Shown here: piece after piece, positions 22,867 through 32,108 of the stretch
Layout: every line of letters begins with the position of its first letter
Position numbering within the stretch: position 1 is the stretch's first letter
Source: Octopus bimaculoides
Lineage: Eukaryota
Assembly: GCF_001194135.2 (NCBI RefSeq)
Contig: NC_068983.1
Location: 7,925,025 to 7,957,132, forward strand
Reading direction: 5' to 3'
Length of the DNA: 32,108 bases
Made by a program: the position numbers and the translations under genes
Notes under the pieces: generated by a model
The model's database searches: none
What the model was told of the DNA's origin: nothing
The model's input: only the letters and a program-made list of their open reading frames with translations

Positions 22867-23380
22867 GTATGTTACCAAAACTTTGACATGTGGGGACTGG
22901 CTCTTTGTACACAAGCATATTATCACCCAACATTTTACTTCGATAAAAAGGCTTCGCATTTGAATACAGAAAGTAAACAAAACGTTGTGATGTCCTTAAA
23001 CTATAATTGACGACCTATCGTTTTGATTCAAGGAATAAGCCACGCGAGTGTGATTAGCCGATGATATATATTTAGAGAGATGTACTTTTAAAACTAGTGC
23101 AAACCGCGCCCGGAGTTATTGCGAAATTTATAACGTAATTTTCATTTTCTTTACAGAATTAAATCCGATTACTCCAGTTAATTCGATAATCTTATCTCTT
23201 TAGTTTTTCCCGTGTCTTCAACAGGCGATATAAGGGTGATATTCAAAGATAATTACTATATCACAGTAATCTGATATTGCTAAAGGCAGGCTGCTTACAA
23301 TAAACAATTAATTCTGATGCTTCTCCATGAATAATCCAACATAGAAGCCGTATACATATACACATACATGCACACACTCG

Positions 23381-23382
<2 letters not shown>

Positions 23383-23442
<60 letters not shown>

Positions 23443-23560
23443 NNNNNNNNNNATATACATATATATACATATACATACACATATACATGCATGCACACGC
23501 ACATACGTATATATGTATGTATACGTATATATGTGCGTATACATACGCACATGTTTATGA
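23383..23560. repeat. (CA)n / (TA,CA) microsatellite with a 10-N gap
   Basis: Direct reading. Confidence 0.9.
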
Positions 23561-24929
23561 ATAGCGTTTACAATACGTTCCCAGATCGTCATAGAGCTGT
23601 CTAAGTAGATTCTACTATCTAACTGTGAAAGGTCAGTCAGCAAGTTAAAGCTGATTAATACACACATACAAACATAGTTATTCGACGACTATGGCAAGTC
23701 CTAAGAAACAAGTCTTGACTACAATATTCAATTTACAAAGACAGATAGTAGTAATTTGCGGTCACAGTAGGTTGAACTTGTCATATCACCAGAACCAAAG
23801 GATATTATCACGTGTTCTTGCAGGATAAAAGAAAGTAAACTGTGAATGTTAATCTTAATTTGAATTAAAAAATTTTAAGAGTTCTTTTCTTTTTACCTAT
23901 TCCATTTTAGTACATACTTTTGATAAGGTTTTCCAAAAACGGAAAAATGTAAAACGAAAATTAAAATGTACCCAATTTTAAGAAACTATTTTCGTTCTAG
24001 TTNNNNNNNNNNNNNNNNNNNNNNNNNNNNNNNNNNNNNNNNNNNNNNNNNNNNNNNNNNNNNNNNNNNNNNNNNNNNNNNNNNNNNNNNNNNNNNNNNN
24101 NNNNNNNNNNNNNNNNNNNNNNNNNNNNNNNNNNNNNNNNNNNNNNNNNNNNNNNNNNNNNNNNNNNNNNNNNNNNNNNNNNNNNNNNNNNNNNNNNNNN
24201 NNNNNNNNNNNNNNNNNNNNNNNNNNNNNNNNNNNNNNNNNNNNNNNNNNNNNNNNNNNNNNNNNNNNNNNNNNNNNNNNNNNNNNNNNNNNNNNNNNNN
24301 NNNNNNNNNNNNNNNNNNNNNNNNNNNNNNNNNNNNNNNNNNNNNNNNNNNNNNNNNNNNNNNNNNNNNNNNNNNNNNNNNNNNNNNNNNNNNNNNNNNN
24401 NNNNNNNNNNNNNNNNNNNNNNNNNNNNNNNNNNNNNNNNNNNNNNNNNNNNNNNNNNNNNNNNNNNNNNNNNNNNNNNNNNNNNNNNNNNNNNNNNNNN
24501 NNNNNNNNNNNNNNNNNNNNNNNNNNNNNNNNNNNNNNNNNNNNNNNNNNNNNNNNNNNNNNNNNNNNNNNNNNNNNNNNNNNNNNNNNNNNNNNNNNNN
24601 NNNNNNNNNNNNNNNNNNNNNNNNNNNNNNNNNNNNNNNNNNNNNNNNNNNNNNNNNNNNNNNNNNNNNNNNNNNNNNNNNNNNNNNNNNNNNNNNNNNN
24701 NNNTATATATGCGCGCGCGTGTGTGTATGTGCGTGTGTGTGCGTGTTTATACACATAATTTTAAATTCGGTTGTACACATTGCAATATACCACTTAAAAA
24801 CTGTTTCCAGTATTTGGCAACATGATGCTATCAACAACAGGAATTCCTTCGTGTCTGTAGAGTTTATAACATATGAGAGAAAGTAAATGGAATTCACAAG
24901 GGTGTGAATAATAAAAGTCAACCCCAAAT

Positions 24930-25000
24930 TATCAAGCAGTGAGTGAGACTGAACTTGGGCCCATGTGATCGGAAAGCAAACTTCTAATCACATAGCCACG
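24930..25000 (-). mobile_element. SINE family A head fragment
   Basis: The reverse complement cgtggctatgtgattagaagtttgctttccgatcacatgggcccaagttcagtctcact matches the head of 7173-7579. Confidence 0.6.
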
Positions 25001-25547
25001 GCAATAACAAAATACACGCGAATTCTAATTAAATATTTCATAGGGATTTCACACCTGACAAATAAACAAATCTGTTTCCAATAATAGCAACGCTTCCCGT
25101 TTAAAAATGCAATGAAGCGTGACTCACGTTAGAAAATTGGTACTAAATCGAGAAGTGAGTTATATCTCTACGCATAAGGGAGATCTTCCTCCATAACCCC
25201 CACCAGATGAAAGAGTCACACTCCCAAATGTGATGGTTTCACAATTGGTCACGATTTACATATTGATTGGGTACTACATAACCCCAACCCCACACTACAT
25301 TTCTTTTTTGTCTCTAGTTTGTCCTCAATTTCATTTTCTCATCTCACTTCTTCCAGCGTTTTTCTTTGAACATCCCTACGTTATATTGATCTGCGGATCA
25401 CTTTAGCAAAATCATTTTACCAAGACTGCCAATGTATAAAGACTTACGGCCAAGTCCTCCGATAAAAATACCAATTATATATTTTGCGCCGTTCGAGAGA
25501 ATAAAGATGTAGACATTTAAGCTGTTCCAATTAATTAAGGCTCTTAC

Positions 25548-25614
25548 CTGAAGTTATTTCGTTAAATACCCACTCAGTTTTGTGTTTGAGATGAGGTGTG
25601 TTGCAGTTCCCAGA
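25548..25614 (-). CDS. Candidate internal coding exon SGNCNTPHLKHKTEWVFNEITS
   Basis: Consensus acceptor aatttgctgtttacag| and donor CAG|GTAAGA; 67 nt; only one frame is open (phase 0 to 1). Confidence 0.45.
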
Positions 25615-26429
25615 CTGTAAACAGCAAATTTAACCTACTTAAATCTTATGTTTCTCTTGTGAATGTTTTATAGCATTCAACCTTTGAGATATCCAATGGA
25701 CATCGCACATTGTTCATATTCAAAGGTCTCTTTAGTAAAGTGTTTGACGAAAGATGCATTATTTGATGTATAAGTTCCTTATTGTGACAGGGCTTTGATT
25801 TGTTTTAATCTTTGGTGTAAGATAATTTGTACTGTGCATATACTCTTTGTATATAAGGACGTCAAATTTCGATAAGTTAAATTTCATATTTATTCATCTA
25901 CACATCAACAGTGTAATTCAGCTCATACGATAGCGTACTGTCATCTACTGCAATTTTGATTGTAACCATCGATACTTTTGTGTCAACAGAAAAGTCGTAA
26001 AAATGATCGAGTGATGACGAATAACGGTCGTCATATTATAGTGCCTTGGAGTACATTAGACATTTCAGATGACGTAACAGTTGGAAAAGCACTGATGTCT
26101 AACATGTAAAATGCTCAAAAGCCATATTTTGAACTCTTCAAAAACCAGACAGTGTATCATAATAGTTAATTATTTTTATCGGATAATGCACTCTACAAAA
26201 ATGTGTGGGACGTAAAAGAAGGTGTGTAATTTTAGGGTCAATACCTTGTGTACAAGTGTTGTTGTCGATATACATACACGATACACATATATATCTAAAA
26301 CACACACACACATACAAAGATATGTATACATACACATACATATAGACACGCATAAACGTATACATATAGATACCTACACATACACACACAAACACAAACA
26401 AACACACACACAAACAAATATATATAAAC

Positions 26430-27760
26430 CGTAGCTTCCGCTTGAAGTTCCACATCAGCTCCGCCTCCTCTCTTCTCATTGAACCCACTTTCAAGCTCCT
26501 CATTCGCACTTTCGTTCCCCACTCTCCCGTACTTACTCTCTGGATAAACACCACCTCCTGCATGGTCACCTCTCCTTGCGCAGAAAATCTCACCCCTCCC
26601 CTCGATCTAACCCTCCACTCTATTCCTTCTCCTTACACTTTCACCCTCCATGTTACCGACACAGTGTGCCCTCTCCTCGACACCGTGCCCCCATCCTAAC
26701 CCAAACTACAACAATGTAGTGTATTCACCACACCACCCGACCTTCGCCTTTCTGCAGCTGACCGTTTATTCTACATTAGGTGTCTCCACTTAGCATTTCT
26801 CACACCTCATTGCGATGAATTTGTAACCCGCATTGATTTCGCTCAGTTCTTGCGCCGCACAAAATTGTTCACATTCTTCCACACATCCACACAGCATCAT
26901 AATAATCAGGATTACTGGTCGGAGCTGGGTCGCCGCCCATCAAAGTGGATGCCACCTCCAGAATAATTCAGTAGCCTAGACTGGTTCGTAAAGGACTTCA
27001 AAAATCTTGTCAATCGATAAGATTTTAAGAATAGATCCCACCGGATAAACATCACCCACGACGAATTGTTTGCCCTTCGCAATCTCGGTCGGCGTAATGT
27101 CGTCAACATCAAATCGGCAGACGCAGGTGAGGCTGTAGTGATGTGGAGCAGTGACATTTGCTTTAAGAGTTTCGACAGCTTCGGAACCCCACATATTATC
27201 GCTCCTTCTATTCTGATCCCACTCCTCCTACCCTTTTAGTGGCTACACTCACACCTCATATACACAACACCAACCACACTCTCCACATTTTCAATTTGTT
27301 TTTCTTTCCCCTTGACTCCACCCGTCTCCTCTTTACTATGGAAATAAATCCCTATACACCATCATCTCCTACAAGCACGGCCCGTAACCTTCCACCATTT
27401 TCTCAACCTTTGCACTGCACCCCACATCCAGTACATCTACACTTGTCCGCCTAGCGGAACTCGTTCTAACGCTTGACTGTGTCACATTTGCAGGTTAGAT
27501 ATACCAGCAATTATATATGGCGTCGCTGTGGAAAGCAGAATGGGCCCCAACTTTGCCAACTTATTTGTCGGTTACGTCGAGGCCCAAATCTGCCAAACTT
27601 CTACACCGATCTCAGAGCCATGGAGTCGTATATAGACAATTGCATTGGGGCTAATACCATCTCCTGTGATCAGCTAACCAGCTCTTGAATTTACCTCCGT
27701 CATCTCTGATACTACTGTCAACTTCCTTGACACCTCTATCTCTCTATTGATCCCCTCACT
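26430..27760 (+). mobile_element. Penelope-like element RT relic with stops, frameshifts and deletions
   Basis: Fragments VFTTPPDLRLSAADR, NITHDELFALRNLGRRNVVNIKSADAGEAVVMW (KPADKG motif), RLLFTME, YGVAVESRMGPNFANLFVGYVE, YIDNCIG (YIDD motif) and VNFLDTSI. The 5' boundary is approximate. Confidence 0.85.
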
Positions 27761-28020
27761 AACTTTCCTATCCCTAAATTATGTGCTTCGTAAAATGATA
27801 AAAATCGGCTCAGTGGAGTTTGAATATCCGATTGTGCTTTGTGTTTTTCATTCTATCCCCGCTACATAGTTGTTTTATGGCTTTGGTTCAACAGTTTTTA
27901 TTATCTGAGTGGAACATTATTTGATGCACATATTTTTATATTTTATATTATTATTCTTTTTACGTCACTTAATTTCATATATGAGAAGTGTTCTACATTA
28001 TAACCCAGTTTTTCGTGTAG

Positions 28021-28068
28021 ACGAGCAGCAAACTACAACTACCAAAATGTATTCTAATGGAAATAAGG
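28021..28068 (+). CDS. Candidate 48-nt symmetric exon (EQQTTTTKMYSNGNK or TSSKLQLPKCILMEIR)
   Basis: Acceptor cccagtttttcgtgtag| and donor AGG|GTAACG; two frames open. Confidence 0.25.
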
Positions 28069-28767
28069 GTAACGGATTTTAAAAATCCAGAAAACTTTTG
28101 ACAACTAATTTGAGACACGTCTGCACCTATTCTCGTTGGAACGATCGTTTGGAAGCTTTTGAACCTTTATATAAAGTAGCTGCATTGAGTTTTCTATGCA
28201 TGTTTATAGTTTGGTTTGACTCAACTTTTTCCATAATGCTGTTTTCGTTTTAAATTGGTTCATATTGGGCGAATCAACGTACGTTATACAAATATTGTAG
28301 ACATCACCAAGTTAAACTACCCATTGCAAAACCGAAGCACAATAAAAATTTCAGGGTTAATTCTCATGACTATTCTATATATAATTAACCATGTAGAAAA
28401 ATGAAATTTGTCCCGCCATCAAATATTTGGATAAAACGACTGCTTCGTATTTCAGTTATACAAACTGAAATCTTTATTATTCAAGCTGTGTTCAAAAGTG
28501 ACATGTTACGTGAATTAATTAGTAACATTTTATTGAAATAAAACGCCTTCAAAAAATAACTTAAGCAAAGATTTTGTATTGCAAGATATATTTCATAATA
28601 TAACCATGAATTGTATATAGAAAACATATAGAAACACATCTGACATGCAAGAATTACCTTTTCTGGGTGATTTTTTCTGTGTTGTATACATGTTCTCTTT
28701 GAAATCATAGCTCATAATATCGCATATCTTTTATTGATTTCATTCAGTGAATTGTATACAATTAATC

Positions 28768-28877
28768 TTATTCACAATAATCCTTAGTACATTGCCAAAA
28801 AGCATCCAAAGTCACAAGTTCTCCACTCTCCATAAGCAGTATTATGCAACCAGTTCGACATAGTTCTGAAACGTAGC
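28768..28877 (-). CDS. Candidate terminal exon (G)YVSELCRTGCIILLMESGELVTLDAFWQCTKDYCE*
   Basis: Strong acceptor tttaatattttctaattttag|; stop at 28768-28770; AATAAA at 28735-28730 (minus strand). An alternative frame LRFRTMSNWLHNTAYGEWRTCDFGCFLAMY* is also open. Confidence 0.35.
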
Positions 28878-28937
28878 CTAAAATTAGAAAATATTAAAAG
28901 TTTTCTTAATATCATTTATAATACTTAAAAATGAAGA

Positions 28938-29037
28938 NNNNNNNNNNNNNNNNNNNNNNNNNNNNNNNNNNNNNNNNNNNNNNNNNNNNNNNNNNNNNNN
29001 NNNNNNNNNNNNNNNNNNNNNNNNNNNNNNNNNNNNN
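28938..29037. other. 100-N scaffold gap, probably of unknown size
   Basis: Exactly 100 N; contiguity across it is not assured. Confidence 0.8.
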
Positions 29038-29039
29038 TT

Positions 29040-29340
29040 TCGTCCGGTGAAAGGAAAGGGCAGATGAACATAGTGGAATAGAGTGGAATGAATTGAAGCA
29101 GAATAAGTTTAAGATGTTATTGATGAGACAGAGGTGTTTGAAGTGAGAGTCGATATGTGTTCTGTTGGAGAAGACATGGAGAGGAGAACAGACTGGACCG
29201 GAGACTGGTTAAGGAAAATAACGAGAGATTTCTATCTATAAAAGGAATGCAATATACAGGGAATTTGTTAGTAAAACGTTCTCGCGTGAAAAGTGTTCAT
29301 AGATATTAGGATACAATGGCAGTAATTCTCTTGAGAGTTG
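29040..29340 (-). mobile_element. Possible degenerate CR1/L2-type LINE 3' end
   Basis: Minus-strand fragments SRELLPLYPN..., YCIPF and SRYFP*...PLHVFS...FK weakly resemble the same C-terminal pattern as 16880-17210. Confidence 0.35.
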
Positions 29341-29519
29341 GTCACTGATGATAATGAAATTTCTGCAACTTGTATGTAACATTATTCATGATATGTGTGA
29401 TTAAACTAGGTTCGAAAAATCATTTAAAGAATGGGATAATGGATTTCTTACCTGCGGCTACAGTCATTAATATTCCCATGATGATGAGAAAGAAGGTAAA
29501 ATTCACGTTGAACCTGTAA

Positions 29520-30285
<766 letters not shown>

Positions 30286-30647
30286 ATATATACATATATA
30301 TGTATATATATATATAGACGCACACACACACCTACACACACACAAATACGTGCAATGTATGTGGGTACCTTTTCAATAAATTGGTTTAAAAAGCCACATC
30401 AGACACCATGATGGATCTGAGGTGTAGGTACAGGAAGTAGTGTCAGATTCCGCATAAGGAGTAAACAATCACCACATATACATACATGCATGTCTAAGTA
30501 TGTGTGTTTGTATGTATGTATCGATATATATGGGGTATGAACTAATTAGTGTCTAACGTAACTTCCGTATGAGATAGATTTGATTTTTGAATATTAGAAT
30601 TGAGGATCTTATTTTCATCCTCAGTAGTACGATATAGAAACAAAAAT

Positions 30648-30828
30648 TAACAAGAGCACTCAGAGACCGCAAACCTCCGCCAAGGCAACACCAACGTCCT
30701 CTCACCAATTAGCCGGAGATGATTTTTAAAATGAGTATATCTGAAAGAAACTCGACTGCTCTCACAAACGAAAATACTAAAAATTAACCAGACTGCTATC
30801 AAAAATTGAGTAAAAAAAAAACAAAAAA
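30648..30828 (+). mobile_element. Interspersed repeat fragment, class uncertain (possibly Helitron/Helentron-associated)
   Basis: AACAAGAGCACTCAGAGACCGCAAACCTCCGCCAAGGC is recalled as the start of a high-copy Octopus repeat and was not verified. It ends abruptly at an A-run next to the Gypsy fragment. Confidence 0.4.
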
Positions 30829-30831
30829 CCA

Positions 30832-32108
30832 ATACGTTGGTCCCTCGATTCACTTTTGATCAATATGTCATCCAAGTATGGGACCGCGAACTCACAATCT
30901 GCCAGCATAGTATCCACCACTTGCTGAAATATTGCTGGTACGACCTTTACCCTAAATGGCAGTCTTTTGAAACGGTAGAGACCTTTATGAGCAATGATTA
31001 TTAATACTTTAGCACATTCTTCGTCTACCAGTAACCGGAGGTAGGCCTCTGACAAATCTAGCTTGGAGAATGTTTTCCCACCATTGCTCTTAACAAATAT
31101 TTCTTCTGGGTTTGGAAGCGGATAATTATAATTTTTTAAACAATCATTAAGACCAGTTGAGAAGTCTGCACATACTCTTATTTCGTTGTTCTTTTTTATA
31201 TATGCAGTAGGAACCGCCCCCTCAGAGTAATCTACTTTACCTCCATGTCTTCCAATCTTTTTAATTCCTTCTCAACTTGATTTAACGCCGCAAAAGGTAC
31301 ATTCCTTTCCGGTTTGAACACCGGCACCGCATTTTCTTTCAACTCAAAATTTACTTTGATTTTTTTACACGTACCGAGTTCTTTCGAAAACACTTCAGAG
31401 TACATCCCTTTCAATTTTAATTTCAATTTTTCCGATGCTTCTTCTGACACGGACTGTGACACATTCACCTTATTACATAGTGTATTCAGTGGTAGATCCC
31501 ACAGATCGAATTCTTCCATTAAATCTGTTCCGAACAGATTCATTGTATTCTTAGATACCATTAGTTTATTTTTCCGCATTATGTTTTNNNNNNNNNNTTA
31601 ACGCCGCAAAAGGTACATTCCTTTCCGGTTTGAACACCGGCACCGCATTTTCTTTCAACTCAAAATTTACTTTGATTTTTTTACACGTACCGAGTTCTTT
31701 CGAAAACACTTCAGAGTACATCCCTTTCAATTTTAATTTCAATTTTTCCGATGCTTCTTCTGACACGGACTGTGACACATTCACCTTATTACATAGTGTA
31801 TTCAGTGGTAGATCCCACAGATCGAATTCTTCCATTAAATCTGTTCCGAACAGATTCATTGTATTCTTAGATACCATTAGTTTATTTTTCCGCATTATGT
31901 TTTGAAGTTTTATTTCTGGTGAAATTTCGCCCAAGAATTGAACTCGTTCCTCTGACATACCGTGAGATATCCTGGTAGTTTTTTTTATATATATATACCG
32001 GCCTGCCTATCTTACTCCATGTTGCCATATTTATTATCGATACGTCTGAATCGGTATCTAATTGCATTTTGGTCTGAAAACCATTCGCCCCTACCAACAC
32101 AAATTTTC
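30832..32108 (-). mobile_element. Gypsy/Ty3 LTR retrotransposon pol fragment (aspartic protease plus RT; Mag-like), frameshifted and truncated after the YLDD motif
   Basis: MQLDTDSDVSII (protease DTG mutated), FELKENAVPVFKPERNVPFA, IRVCADFSTGLND, YPLPNPEEIF, FSKLDLSEAY, GLYRFKRLPF and VPYLDDILI. Confidence 0.93.
31282..31903. other. 306-bp tandem duplication (31282-31587 = 31598-31903) either side of a 10-N gap; probable assembly artefact
   Basis: The copies appear identical and both abut the gap, as expected for unmerged overlapping contig ends. Confidence 0.85.

Noticed and set aside
917-24927. Long ORFs of 120-313 aa that span N gaps (e.g. 10899-11768, 23966-24886, 23986-24927)
   Set aside because: They are open only because Ns translate as X and the flanks are stop-free dinucleotide repeats.
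31282-31903. Tandem duplication within Gypsy pol as a biological event
   Set aside because: Apparently identical copies flank a 10-N gap, typical of unmerged contig overlap.

Overview
AT-rich eukaryotic genomic DNA, very probably Octopus. That assignment is my recollection of its SINE families and extreme microsatellite density, not a database result. About 2.8 kb (13 blocks) is N gap, and most gaps abut microsatellites. No intact long ORF, RNA gene or CRISPR array is visible, and almost all ORF-track entries are microsatellite or gap artefacts. What can be firmly supported is a dense set of transposon relics: a non-autonomous Helitron with both termini and a Pif1-helicase tail (3853-5231); an internally deleted mariner joined directly to an R4/Dong-type RT fragment (12939-14103); a Penelope-like RT relic (26430-27760); a Gypsy/Ty3 pol fragment (30832-32108, with an assembly duplication); CR1/L2-like 3' ends; at least three tRNA-SINE families; and a 115-bp inverted-repeat pair. 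Several small candidate exons with good splice sites lie between these on both strands. A + strand set loosely resembles a C-type lectin domain and a - strand set is Cys-rich, so the window may be largely intronic. These exon calls are low confidence, because splice-like sites arise by chance in such sequence. I found no clear evidence of a wholly new biological system.
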